DNA of 64,000 bases from Lama glama (taxonomy: Eukaryota). A model generated the notes under the pieces. The model had not been told where the DNA came from. It did no database searches and saw nothing but the letters and a program-made list of their open reading frames with translations. Position numbers and translations under genes: made by a program. Positions 1-13,004 of the stretch are shown here, in pieces. Every line of letters begins with the position of its first letter. Within the stretch, counting starts at the first letter, position 1. The DNA lies in the NCBI GenBank assembly GCA_028534125.1, contig CM052817.1:105092001-105156000 (forward strand), written 5' to 3'.

Positions 1-559
1 AGTACAGTAATTTCAAAGAAAAATAATCCTATCCTGAAGGAGGGGAAAGTGGAAAGCAGAGAGAAAAATAACTTTGAGCCTGGGAAAATTCTATGTGTAG
101 GGAGGGGAAAAAATGTGTGAAATATACATGAGTTTTTAAAAAGAAGCATAAAGAAGAGATGGAAAACGGCAAGATCTAGAAACTCAAATGACCCCTTCTT
201 TGTGAATAATTTATAAGCCTGTATCATCTTCTAAGAACTTTTCTTATAGATGCCATTTCCACAAAGAAAGAAAATCCAGCTATCAAAAACCTGCATAAAG
301 TCCTTTTTTCAGTTTCAAATCTTTTATGTGTTGAGGAAGACAGGAGTGTGCAGGCACGGGGTCAGGGATGTGTGCAAGCGAGTCAGGTGTAATAGACAGT
401 TGGTAACACTCTTCTCCAAGAGAACTGCTCAAGTGTCCAAAATGGACCGATTTTTAGATAATTTTCTTTCTTAAAGTGAATATTTACATTAGTGTTAGAC
501 CAAAAATGAAGAAAGCGTTACAGATCCTAAGTGGAGGTAGCAATGAATTATGACAAAGT

Positions 560-1110
560 TAACCCACTTTTTAACCAATCCCCAACCCCCAGATAAAATT
601 GTATGCATAGCAGAAACATCCAAGTCTCCTCCAGGTTACTGTACCCCGGATCTTCCCAGCACGTAATGTTATTCTGACTTTGTGAACCAAAGATCTCTTC
701 TTGGCCTGTTTTTGAACTTAACCATATGGAAGTGTACAAATATGTATCCTTTCATAATTAACCTCTTTCACTCAATAGCGCATTTGAAAATTTCCACTAT
801 GTTCTTGGATGGAGAGGTAGTTTGTTTCTATTCTTTGTACAATACTCTATGTTGAGGATATACTACAACTTAAATGTACATTTTATTGTTGGTATAAATT
901 AAGTTGTTCACTTTTGTAGCTATTATGGCTAATATGACAAAAAATTTCTTAGAAGTAACTTTGGGGGAAAATATTACATACCTGATTTAGGTAAATCCCA
1001 GGAAACTACTGGCTTATAGAATTTGTATATATTTAACTTATTAGATGCCATCAATTATTTTTCCCCACAATGACTTTAACAATTTCCTGACCCAGCAACT
1101 GTGTAAGAGA
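560..1110 (-). mobile_element. Ancient L1M fragment (ORF2 C-terminus/3' UTR)
   Basis: Decayed antisense L1 motifs (ctttcactcaatag..., ccccacaatgactttaacaatttcctgacccagcaactgtgtaagag, resembling the reverse complement of the [16 protein letters not shown] region). Confidence 0.55.
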
Positions 1111-1124
1111 GGACATCAAGGTAT

Positions 1125-1505
1125 AAAGCATGTTCATTCACACAGTAGAAAACTCGGTCTTGCTAAGATGCCAACCCTCCTTAAAATGATCTATAGATTT
1201 GATGCAATCCTAATTAAAATTTCTAACATGCTTTAGTTTTAGTAGAATTTTACGAGCTGAATCTAAAATTTATAGCTGTATAAAAATTCTTAAAGGAAAT
1301 AATCTTGAAATAGTAAAATCATGTTAGCATATTTATTACTATGTTTCAAGAATTATTATAAAGTTACAGTAATCAAGATAGAGTTTCACTGGCCTATGGT
1401 TAAAAAAATGTTTCAACAGAACAAAACAAAATGTCCAGAAATAGACTCACATAAATACACTGTGAAAATAAATAAAGGAAAGTGTTTCAATAAAAGATTT
1501 TAGAT
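1125..1505 (+). mobile_element. Ancient L1 ORF2 fragment
   Basis: ORF track gives KMPTLLKMIYRFDAILIKI and YYKVTVIK...CPEIDSHKY, matching L1 ORF2 KMAILPKVIYRFNAIPIK and YYKATVIK...EI.PHIY. Confidence 0.8.
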
Positions 1506-1964
1506 AATTTTTAAAAGCTATCCACTGACTTGAGTAACATAAAAATTATTAATAAATACATCCAGATTGGTTCTAGTAGAATTTTAAGGACCATCCAAAC
1601 TCAGATCTTTGGTGAATTCAATAAATTTATGATTTTGTAAGTTTTTCAATTTTTCTTATTATTAAGATGGCTATAATGCTTTTTCATCTTTCTATATCAT
1701 AAACAGAAACCAGAATATGTATTTTATTTGTAAGAATGACTCACGGTTAGCAGTAGACACTGTCATGAAACACACTTACTACATGGCAGTAGCTAAAACT
1801 ACGCTGGATGATTCAATTGTGATCAAATCATTCCCTACACACTCTTATCCTGGTTCCTGGAAATGTTAAGTTTTGACTCCATGTGTCGGTGTTTCTACTT
1901 TTGCTTTTGACTTCACATCAGTAGATATCTTCAAAGAAAAATATCCCTAGATTGGCCATTAAGT

Positions 1965-2808
1965 CTTTTTTTAATTTTATTTTATTGAGTTATAGTTACA
2001 GTTTACAATGTTGTGTCAATTTCCAGTGTAGAGCACAATTTTTCAGTTATACATGAACATACAAATATTCATTGTTGCATACTTTTTCACCATGAGCTAC
2101 CACAAGATCTTGTATATGTTCCCTGCACTATACAGTATAATCTTGTTTATCTATTCTATATATACCTATCAGTATCTACAAGTTTCGAACTCCCAGTCTA
2201 TCCCTTCCCACCCCCTCCCCCTGGCAACCATAAGTCTGTGTTCTGTGTCTATGAGTCTGTTTCTGATTTGTATTTATGTTTGTTTGTCTTTTTCTTTTCT
2301 TTTTTTTTTTTAGATTCCACATATGAGTGATCTCATATGGCATTTTTCTTTCTCTTTATGGCTTACTTCACTTAGAATGACATTCTCCAGGGACATCCAT
2401 GTTGCTGCAAATGGCATTATGTTGTCATTTTTATGGCTGAATAGTATTCCATTGTGTAAATATGCCACCTTCTTTATCCAGTCATCTGTCAATAGACATC
2501 TGTCAATAGACATTCCATGCCTTGGCTATTGTAAATAGTGTTGCTATGAACACTGGGATGCAGACGTCTTTTGAAGTAGGGTTCCTTCTGGATAAATGCC
2601 CAGGAGTGGGATTCCTGGGTCATATGGTAAGTCTATTCCTAGTCTTTTGAGGAATCTCCATTCTGTTTTCCACAGTGGCTGCACCAACCTGCATTCCCAC
2701 CAGCAGTGTAGGAGGGTTCCCTTTTCTCCACACCCTCTCCAGAGTTTATCACTTGTGGACTTTTGAATGATGGCCATTTTGACTGGTGTGAGTTGTTATG
2801 TCATAGTA
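1965..2808 (-). mobile_element. Relatively young 5'-truncated L1 (ORF2 C-terminus + 3' UTR + A-tail), camelid-like subfamily
   Basis: Minus-strand peptides [49 protein letters not shown] and IMPFAATWMSLENVILSEVS; T-rich tail at ~1965-1985; frameshifted. Confidence 0.95.
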
Positions 2809-3759
2809 GAGACACATATAATATTCTCAAATTATATTAGTTTCAGTGGATCATGTTTTATGTTTTTTTTTCATTAGTAATAACAAGGGTAAGGTAGTAA
2901 TGGTCCAGAATGATAGTTTTATTCTACAGTTTGAATGCTACTGTTGTTTCTGGAACTGTGAAGAACTGTACATAGGTAATTTCATTTAGGTTCTCACGGT
3001 GAACCAATTATAACATATGAATATTTGGATATAAATCCCAGTAGACTGAAGGGGAATCTAAGGGCATAGTCACTAAAGATATTGCTTGGATTAGCGTCAG
3101 TGGGAAAACCTGAAATATGTTTGAAAGGCCTGGGAAAAAGACATTATTTTTAGAATAGACTTATTTTTAAAATAATGTTAGTCTTCAATAAATGAATGAA
3201 AATAAAAATTTCAAACATAATAGACCTGGGAGATGATGGAGAAAAACAGTTGTGGATGGAAGAGTTGAGAGAAAAAAAGGGTGACAGACTGGGCTCAAGA
3301 ACATGAAAAGTCACTTGGGAGTAATATAAATATAAAGATTGGGATCTGGGGGCTGTATATTTTGAGTATTGACTATCAAAATAAAGGTAAGTGGTGCACT
3401 GGGTTTAGTAGCAGCAGTTTCTTTAAGGAGAGTGGGCATTGGATTTAATGGCCAGAGGAGGTACAAATTCAAGGTGGAATCTTTCATGCACTTTACCTGT
3501 GATGGGGCACCCTTGGTGGCCGCACTTGTATCTAGGTATCCCAGGCTGGTAGTGGCGTCTGTTTATCAGGATTACTGAAGATAATGTTTCATACATTTCT
3601 TAGACTGTAACAATAGAGTAGTGGACATAAATCCCACTTGCCTGATTGTAAACCATGTTACTTGAATATGAGAACATTTTAGCTGAATGTAAACTCAATT
3701 TAAAAATCCAAAAATTCAATTTATGTTATTACATATTTTACATCAATTTTTGTTAAAGC

Positions 3760-4520
3760 TTTCAGTCAGATGTCAAAAGATACCTACTGAACGCCCATGA
3801 TTAAAGATAATGATATAATGTGAACAAAAAACAGACATAGTAGCAGGTTTTAGGGTCTTTGGGGACTTTAAATGACAGGAGACAGACATTAATCAAATGA
3901 ATGCAAATGTATGTATAGTTACAAATTGAGATATGTACATACTCAGCGGAGAAGCACATAAATCAATAAGAGCATGTAGCAACAGCCACAACAAGGAGAG
4001 AAGGCTCAGCCTTGGAAAACAGCAAAAGCTTCCCTGAGAAAAGTACATCTCTAGTGGGATCTGCAAATCAAGAATTGTGAGGTCCTGTAACAGTGTCCCA
4101 AGCAAAAGGCACCGATTATGTAAAGAGCCTGGAATGGGAGGGAACATGAGATGTGACACATTTGAGGAAGGCACTTCTGGCTAGGGCGTGGATCAGGTGT
4201 GCTTGCAACGAGAACAGGGAGAGAGAACGAGGTAAGCTGTGAAACCTGATAGACTATGTCGAGGGTTTATTTTGGTGTCTTTCCCCAAGAGCAACTGGAA
4301 GCCAGGGCAAGATTTTAGAAAGAATTGATGTAATTGCATTTGCAGTTTGAAAAGATAACTGACTGCTGTGTAGATTTCAGGAGGGGAAATCTGGATGCCA
4401 GACACCAATTAAAGACTTTTATGCTAGCCTGGGCCAAAGATGGTAGTAACCTGGACCTCTGAGTTGGCAGAAGTGATGGAGATAATTGGACAATTTGAGA
4501 TATACCAATAAGAACTGGCA
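3760..4520 (-). mobile_element. L2 LINE 3' fragment
   Basis: Decayed antisense L2 motifs (ggagacagacattaatcaaatgaatg; ggaagccagggcaagatttt; ttgaaaagataactgactgctgtgtag; agatggtagtaacctggacc). Confidence 0.7.
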
Positions 4521-5198
4521 TTCTGAATTCCATTAAAACTCTTCCAAATAGTTTCAGTCACACATTGGTATTTTAAAATGTTAATAATTTGAACTTTATG
4601 TGTAAGCACTTTTTTTTTCTTCTTTAGATAGCGTCTCTACCAAACAGCATACTAAGGTTTAATTGTAGTTGTCTTTTCACTGAAATCAAATTAAAATTAC
4701 ATTATTTTACTCATGATCCTCTCAATTATGCGGTATATTTGTTTCACAAATATTTCTTGCTTATTGACATCTCTTGTGCTATCTTCATACACAATTCAGC
4801 TTTTCCCACTGTGCAATCATGTGATACCCTTTTGGGTATGACTGACTTAACATTAGACACTAAATATTCCATTTAAATGGAATATATTCAAGTTAGTTGA
4901 TAAAATATTCTTATACCTCCAAAACTGTTCTTCTAAAAAACAATGTTTTGTTGAAAAATGTTTTTTGTCATCTTTTTTTTGTCATCACTTTCTCTTTCAT
5001 TTTACCGCAACATTTACCACTTCATAGCCCATGCAATTTTGTTCCTGTAGGATGGAGACAGAGTGTGCATTCCCCTGTCTGTACTGGAATGGCTACTGCC
5101 CTGTTGAGCTAACTGCAGACAATTGGATCATTTAGAAAACATTTTACCCCTCAGGGGGAAAGGGGAAACAAAGAAACTAAAAGGCCTTAGGAAATACG

Positions 5199-5201
5199 CA
5201 C

Positions 5202-5234
<33 letters not shown>

Positions 5235-5235
5235 T

Positions 5236-5270
<35 letters not shown>
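5199..5270. repeat. Compound (CA)n-(TA)n microsatellite
   Basis: Directly visible interrupted CA run followed by a TA run. Confidence 0.98.
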
Positions 5271-5444
5271 CTTGACCCATTATGTCAAAATACATATATA
5301 TATTTTAACATCTAAAACATTTCAGGGAATCTTATAAAATAAAACCCAGATAATTTTTTACAGTAAAATATAGTTACTAAAGGAGGATTCTCGTGCATGC
5401 CGGATAACCTGATCTTCATGAAAGAGCAGAGGATGTTCAGTCAC

Positions 5445-5610
5445 AGTACTTGTGTTCAGGTCTTGGCTCCACCACTTTCTAGTGTGCAGTGCAGCAAACC
5501 ACTTAACCTTCTGCCTCCATGTCCTCATTCGTGGATGGATACACCACCATGCTCTTTCCTCATGGGGTTGTTAAGAGGAAGAAAGGTCTCATGGGATCTC
5601 ACGTCTAGTA
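5445..5610 (+). mobile_element. MIR SINE
   Basis: MIR core: ggctccaccactttctagtgtg...caaaccacttaaccttctgcctccatgtcctcatt...cctcatggggttgttaagagga. Confidence 0.75.
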
Positions 5611-5789
5611 GGAGGATGCTAGCCATTGGAATATTTAGCAGATGTGCTGATTCATCTAGTACTTGTTAACATTAGGAGGACTGTGTACTTGTAGAGCTGG
5701 AACAAAACTTAAAAGCTGTGTTGCAGCTTTTCTGTGACGTGCAGAGGGTACTAATGATACATTGCTAAGTACTCAGAGCTTACAGGAAG

Positions 5790-6030
5790 TGGAGCCCTGT
5801 TATGTGCCTAGCAGTTAGGCACCGTTTGGTGTCTGCCGCCATCATTTTGCCTTATTTCACTTCTGCCACCGCACTGTAAGGTAGTTTTATCCCCAGTTAA
5901 GAGTTAAAGAAACACAAGTCTTTAAAAGCTTCTTAAGGGCCATAGTATAAGACCACAAAACTACAACAGGGCAGAATCCGGATTTAAAGCCAGGTCTGAA
6001 TGTTACACCTGCCCTATTTAACGACCGTGC
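5790..6030 (-). mobile_element. MIR SINE (decayed)
   Basis: Antisense MIR motifs: tatgtgcctagcagtt, ctgtaaggtagttttatccccagttaag, gcagaatccggatttaaagccaggtctg. Confidence 0.65.
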
Positions 6031-6859
6031 AGTATACTAAAACCAGGGTTATCTTATTCCCAGTCCACTGCAATTTGTATCTACTTGATCTGTACTAAAA
6101 ACAAACTATATTTCATTATTTATTTCATTCTTCTTCATAGGCATAGTTAGTAACTGCAGGCCATGTCGGTGACTGAGGACAGTAGCCACGGGTAATTGAA
6201 AGGCTCTCAGAGTGTTTCATTTTGCCATGCCCTGGTATTCAAGAACACATGGCAAAGGACATGGCCCTATTTCCTTTCAAGTAGATCAAAGGGCCAAATG
6301 GGAAATAGTTTGAGTTCAGTAGCATTTATATGTATCATTTTTTTAATCTAATAGGCAAAATCTTTCCCTGTATTCACAAGGACTCTCCCACATGAATAAA
6401 ATAATTTAATTTTCATTTTTTTGGTTAAATTTTTAACAATCTATCTAGCTTTGTTCAAATCCTGTTGGATTTGTTTTTATTAATTAAACTTTTTTATGTT
6501 TTATTCTTTCAGTATCAAGTGCTCATACAATTTAAATTTATCCCCTAAACATTTATTTTAATAGAATAAATTAAATTATGAAATGTGTTTATTGAATATA
6601 TTAAATAATGATTTGTAAGCTCTTTTGTAAAGGAAGTCATCTTTATACGCTCAACAGTTAACAGGAGTGACCTTCCCCCAGTCTCCCCTCCTCTTTCTCT
6701 CTCCATGTGTTTCCCGTTCACTATTATATTAATGTACAAACACTTGGTTATATGTCACTTGAAAACAAACAATACCCTCTTGTGGCCTCACATCCATCTT
6801 TTATTTATTTTTAATGCAAAAATTCACATAAATATTATAAATACTTGCCAGTTCCAACT

Positions 6860-8095
6860 TTTCTCATAAATCTCTCTTGAAATGCATTCCAGCCAGTTTA
6901 TGCCACCACCACTCCACAAACGCACCTCTTACTGAGATCTCCAGTGACCTCAACGTGGCTTGAGCCATTGAGCAAGCCGCAGTGCTCCATCTAGTCTACC
7001 CATCAGAGTATTTGACATGGAAGTTCTTTAATTGTCGAAGCCTTCGTTCACCCTGTTGGTTCAGTCCAGCCCCTTTCTGCCCGTTGCTTTTTGTGTCCCT
7101 GATCTGTGCATGTTGGAGAGTCCTGGGGCATGGCACTCCGATCACTTCTTTTTCCTACAATCACTTGGTACTATCATTTCTTCCAAAGACTATTTATGAA
7201 CCACGTGTCTATGCCTTCAAAATCTCTATCTGGTTATCTGTGTGAACCACACATTTGTTTACCAACTGTCCATTTAACACCGTCTAACAGTCATTGCAAA
7301 CTCAACATGTCTCGAATTGAATTTCATCGTTTAGTTATTCACGCTGCACTTGGAGTTACCTTTGATTCCTCTTCCTGTCTCATATCCCACATTCAAACCT
7401 GGTAGCAGATTCTGTCCATTTTGTCATCAGTATCAACAATCCCACACTCATCCTGTTCCCATGGTTTCCACCCTTGTCCGAACTATCTCAGCTTTCAGCT
7501 GAACGACTTGCATAGTTTCCTACCTAATCTCCTTGCTTCTTTCCTTGCCTCATAGTATATTTCCAACCCATTTGTAAAAGTGATTCTTTTAAACATAAAA
7601 CAGATCATATTGCTTCTCCATTCAAAACCCTTCCAGTGTTCCCTTCCACACCCAAGAAAAAGCCTTTACAGTGGCCTAGAAGCCGCCATGAGTGCTGGGC
7701 GTCTTCCTGGTTTGGCGCTGCCTCTGACTAGTCTCTCCCTTATCCTGTCTCCTCCCAGCCACGGTGCGACCTTGATTTTTGAATGTGTTCAACACTCTCT
7801 CTCTGGAGTGCTTGTGTACTTGATGTTTTCTCTGCTCTGAGCACTTTTATTCATATTTTTGCTCAAACATCTTTTTTCCTAGTAAGGCCATACTCAACCA
7901 TCCCATGTAAAAATACAAGACGTGCTTCTCGATAGGCATCTCTTATCTCTTTGACCTACTTTGTGCTTTATTTTCACTTGAGTGTATGTGTCAAAGGCAA
8001 GAAATTTGTTTTTTGTTTTTTTTCACCAGACTATCACAAGAGACTGGTACAGAGTGGAACTCAAAGAATATTTGCTGCATGAATCAACTAAGAAT
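6860..8095 (+). mobile_element. L2 LINE (ORF2 remnant to 3' end)
   Basis: ccaccactccac...ccagtgacctc; aaactcaacatgtctcgaattgaa; cttttaaacataaaacagatcatat; terminal ctcaaagaatatttgctgcatgaat typical of L2 3' ends. Confidence 0.8.
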
Positions 8096-9261
8096 GAAGC
8101 CAGCTGCTTCCACGCATGCTGATCTGCTGACCCGTTCTGCCAAGCAGCGAGCCCTCAGTGGAGCTCTGAGGCTCTTCTCTGGTGTAGACCCTTCTGGCTG
8201 GTCTCCATGTTGCTCTCTATTAAGCTGGTTCTGATGGATTGTCATTCTTGGCTGTATCTCTTAATTGTGATCCTGTTTCTGTTTTTGAACTTGATTTTTT
8301 TTTTTTGCATAATTTCTCTGGCCTCAGACTCTATACTGCTCCACAAATACTGTGCCTAAGAGTAGACCATCATCTATAATAGCACTTAGGATTGTCTACT
8401 GACAAGGTGCCACCACTCTCCCATCGTGTAACAGCCACTGACCTCACACCCAGCTACAGAAGGTGATCCGAGATGGCCTAAAGTAGCCATTGTACATTCG
8501 TGTTCACTGCCATGGTGATCGCTTCAGTTAACGCAGGGCTAAGCCGATCAGCCCATGGCATTTACATGGCAACGATGATTATTTTAGAATGAAGCTCAGA
8601 ATGCTGGCTGGGAGTTCTGGCACACAGACAGTCTCCTTCTGGGTAATAGGGTTGGTGTTTATGAAGCCTGGTCCTACTGCTGCCTTTGAGTACAAGTCCA
8701 GGAAATATACAACCACATGTGAAATGAATAAAAGGAGGAAAACAGGAGAAATGAATCAGCACCATGATTAAAGTAAACTTTCACTTTTAGGTCATTAGGG
8801 AAATGAGTTTCTCTGCATGCTTAAGCCAATATCTGTTCTCTTGCTGTTATTTATATGCTACTTGCTGCCCAAAAAGTCATACTAAAATAGACTGCCCTGT
8901 TTCACCCTGTTTTAAAGCCAAGGCTTGAATAACTTCAATATTGATCTTTGCAGATGCAAGGGGTTTTTTTATTTTAATTTTTTTCAGTGAGTGGAAATTT
9001 AATTCACAACCAATTTGGCTTGCTTCTTCCAACAATAATCATAATATTGTTCAGTAACATCATACTTAATTGTTTTCTCTCTCTGGAAGAAAAATAGTGT
9101 TTAAAATTCTCAGTATGTTGCATTTATTGAGATAGACATAATTCAGATTCATTTGGAGCCTAGCACGGTCTCTGATTAGAGCCAAGTGCTGTAGAACTTT
9201 GTGAGGGACACTAGGCTACGGGATATTCCTGAGTTGAAATGTCTAAACTCTTTCTGTTTTT

Positions 9262-10028
9262 GGTTTAGTTTTTATTGTGGTAAAATGTGCACAACATAAA
9301 ATAAACCATCTTAAGCATTTTTAAGCATACAATTCACTGGCATTAAGTACATTCACAATGTTGTGCAACTATCACCAGCATCCATTTGCAGAACATTGTT
9401 CATCTTGCAGTACTGAAGCTAGGTAGCTAGGGAAGTGGGGGCACCAGGCAGATAAGGTGGAGGAGAGGGAGGGCGGTCTGGAAGATGCTCATATTCCTTC
9501 CTTCAGCATAAAAGGGCTTTACTTCCTCTAAATGAGTGCCAGCAAGAAACCTGTTAGAACCCAATGGCTGCAACTGTATGGTAACAAGGACCTAATTGGA
9601 CATGACCCAATGCTCATTGTAATATAATCAGCACTGGTTTAGCCCCGACCCGTGGGTTTTTCTGTGTGCATCATGGGTAAGGACATATGCAAAAGGGACG
9701 AGTGTGACTGAGCACTCCAGGGATAAGAGCCGTCAATCAATCAAGAGACCCCCTCTAAGTGAGGGTATAAGAGAAGGGGAGACAAAGAAAGGTCATTGCT
9801 ATTAACTCTTGGCTCTTAGAGCAGCCTGCCTTCCACTTTTGGAGGTGTACTTTTGCTTTGCTAATAGAATCTTTAAAGTCCTTTGCTACACAATGCTTTC
9901 GTCTCTGATCTGAATTCTTCTCTTTTGGACAAAACAATAATTGACACAGTTTTTTTCCCTGTCTGGGGTAACATACCTACTACACATTAACAGAAACTCC
10001 TCGTTCCCGCCTCTTCCCAGTCCCTAGC
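9262..10028 (-). mobile_element. L1MB-type 3' end, split by an LTR insertion
   Basis: tttttattgtggtaaaat...gcattaagtacattcacaatgttgtgcaactatcacc up to ~9413; resumes after 9973 with cattaacagaaactcctcgttcccgcctcttcccagtccctagc. Confidence 0.8.
9414..9973 (+). mobile_element. Solo LTR, ERV1-like
   Basis: TG...CA termini; TATA-like gggtataaga at ~9762; R/U5-like ggtgtacttttgctttgctaatagaa...ctgaattcttctc typical of ERV1 LTRs; interrupts an L1 tail. Confidence 0.75.
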
Positions 10029-13004
10029 TGGAGAAAAAAATTTGGATTACATTGGTGGTGTGAAAAAGAGAGAAAGTTATATACATATATAAATGTAATA
10101 TATATAGCCAATACCAGATTAATTAAGTAAATATGACTAATTCATTCAATATGAATTATTGGATAAACATATTTCATCCTGTTTATGGAAAAATATAGAG
10201 ATACAGAGATACATAGAGAGAGGGGAGAGGACAATAGGACCAGAAAGGATTTTGCTGAAATATTAATATTAACATTAGTCTGGGTAGTGGGTTTAAGGTG
10301 ATTTTTGTCACTCCCTTTCTGTAAAGTTCTCAACTGAGATTTTTTTCCCCCAAAATACGCAAGTATGGTTTTAACAACTGAAATGAACTTATTTCTAAAA
10401 CAAAAACATCCTGTCCTGCAATTTACCTTGTTTTAGATATTGGGAGAATAGTAAATAAAAGACAAAATGTTAGAAATGGCTACCTGTCTCCAACAGAATG
10501 GGGAGTTAAATATTTTTGGAGAGTAAAAGCTACATTCAAATGCAATTGCAGTTAATTGGTGCTCAGACGTATGACTAGCGAGTATGTGTTTAATCAGAGT
10601 TTACGTAAGAGAAAAATCAGTGTGGATCAGAACATTAGAACAAGGGTTCATACGGAAAGAGGAGTTTTATTTGGGACCCTTGATCCTGTGACGTCACGTG
10701 AACAGACACAGGTTAAAAGGCTAAGAATTAGAGTGAGCTCGGAGGGATGGTATTCGGATTTGTGAAAGATTTAATTTTGAGTCAAGCTTTAAGTAAACAA
10801 CAAATTTTAATTGATACAAAGAGTAAAAATATTTTTAATCTCTAAATTACACTAGTGAATAGGCAGACAGGAACTTGAATAATTGCATGTCTGCCGTTAT
10901 CAAAATGGGTAATACCATTTCATTTCTGTCCTTGTTGCACATTTGGAAAAAAATGTCTGACATTTAATTATCGTAATCTTATTAAACACCATTTATTTTT
11001 CCAGATGTCAGTCCTGCAGCAGGTATATGATTTCGGTATCAGGGTGTTAAACTTCCTTGCGACGCTCATCATTCATGTTTGCTCTTCTCGTCTTCTCTCT
11101 ATTGCAAAGGAGATAAAGTGGAAGAGATTTATGTCTGACTGAATTTTACCATCTGCTCCATCCTCCCACTGTGTTGCTGTTCTATATGTAGTGTTGTTGC
11201 TGAAAAATTGCCCTTGTCAGCAAGAAAAATTGCTTAGCAATATGATCTAATATATTTCTCTTGTTCTGAAGGCGGAGATCTTTTGAGTAACCACATTACT
11301 TGAATGTGTTTCATGTAATCTAATAAACGTCTTATGAAACTACCACTAATTAGCAGAATGTTTACCAGGGGCCCAGTAATTGAGGACCTGTTTGTCTTTC
11401 CTACAGATTCTAAGGAATGCTTTCTGTCAGGTCACATCCAACTGGTAAATGAGCACTTGGGGGGAAAGTTCGCGTTAAACTCTGTGCAATGTTACTTGTG
11501 TCTTAACTGATGAAATCAGGTTCTAATGCATGGGTGTGCACACCTCACTCCTTGCAAATACTCCGTGCACACACAATAGGTATCTCAGTCCTCCTTTTTA
11601 AAGTAGGAATAGTGAGTTTATGATGAGGAGCTGAAATTCTTGTCTGTGAGTAGAAAAAGAGAGTGATAATGTTTTTTTTTTTCCTTTGACGGGAAAAATA
11701 ATATCACTATATCATTGATGGTGTATACCTACGTAAGCTGAAGAGTTTACAAAGCCCTGAGAGCTGTCTCTGTTGACCCCCAAGAAAACCCAGGTAACTG
11801 TGGGACTGAAGTCCATTTTCTTTCTAAGTGTGGACAGCGGGTGGTGTGCACGGGGGTGCAGTGTCATTCTGCAGACTCCTATGTAATGTCTGTATTTTTT
11901 CATCCACCAGCCTTTTTCACCTGTAATACTGCTCCTCCGCAGCCTGGAGGGCTCAAGTTAGTACCTTACCACCATCAATTGAATCTCACCTTTGAGTGTT
12001 CATTTACCTTTTCTTAAACCTGCTAGTATACTAGGTAAATAAGCAAAATTTGAGCAGGATGTATACACGTGTCAGAGAAATGTCAAGTGAATCCAGCTAA
12101 GGTGACTTGAGTAAGGAGGTGGGAAAATAATGAATGTTTCCCTTCTAGGTAAGTGCAACTTAAGATAGCACAACGTGAAGCCAGGGCAGAATTTTGAGCA
12201 CGTGGTATATTACTTGGAAAGACGAATGGATACTATTAGCTTTATGCCTTAGAGCATCAATAGCAAATAATTTTCTCTTTCAAGTTCAAGACATTTTCCT
12301 GCTTTATTTGAAGTACAAGGTAATGGTGTTCAGCCAGGGGCCACCTTATTAAAAACACAAAGGACTATTTTGTCAAGTTGCACATCCCTGGAGTGTGTGA
12401 GGGTGAGAAGGATTAGAATTTGTAAAGAAGTCCATTGTTTGTAGAATGAAAAACTTAGTTATCTTAACATCCACCTCCTGCTCAGGCAGCCTTCTGGGTG
12501 AGACTGCTGGTCTGAACTGGCCAGCTTACCACAGCACTATAAATTCAGGATACCTTAGAAACTTAAAACACACACACACACACAAACCACAATTTCTCAT
12601 TGACTCTGCTGTACATCAGTGTGTTTTCATGGCACTGGATTTACTGTAGCACCTCAAACACTGAATTCTTGTTTTTTTTTAAATTATAAATCTGCCTCAA
12701 ACTAGACTGCAAAGCTTTAGCACAGACACGAAAAGTAGAATATTTAACAAAGTAAACAGTCTTAGTGAAACACGCCATGAATTTGTTCATTTGAATACAA
12801 TTATTTCTGAGGGGTGAAAATCGGTCAAACATCATTACAGCCTCATGTGAAAATGCTCACCTCTTATGGGTTAAGAGGTGAGGGAGAAAAAGTTGTGACA
12901 CGAGGATAAAGATAATTCATCCGTGTACTTACCATTCTTAATATGCTTTTCAGTAACTATAGAGGTTAGTTTAAAAATAGTTATTTCGGGAGGGCATTAA
13001 TCTG

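Noticed and set aside
2310..2777. ORFs with strong protein-like sequence
   Set aside because: Frameshifted C-terminal pieces of L1 ORF2 in a truncated copy, not host genes.
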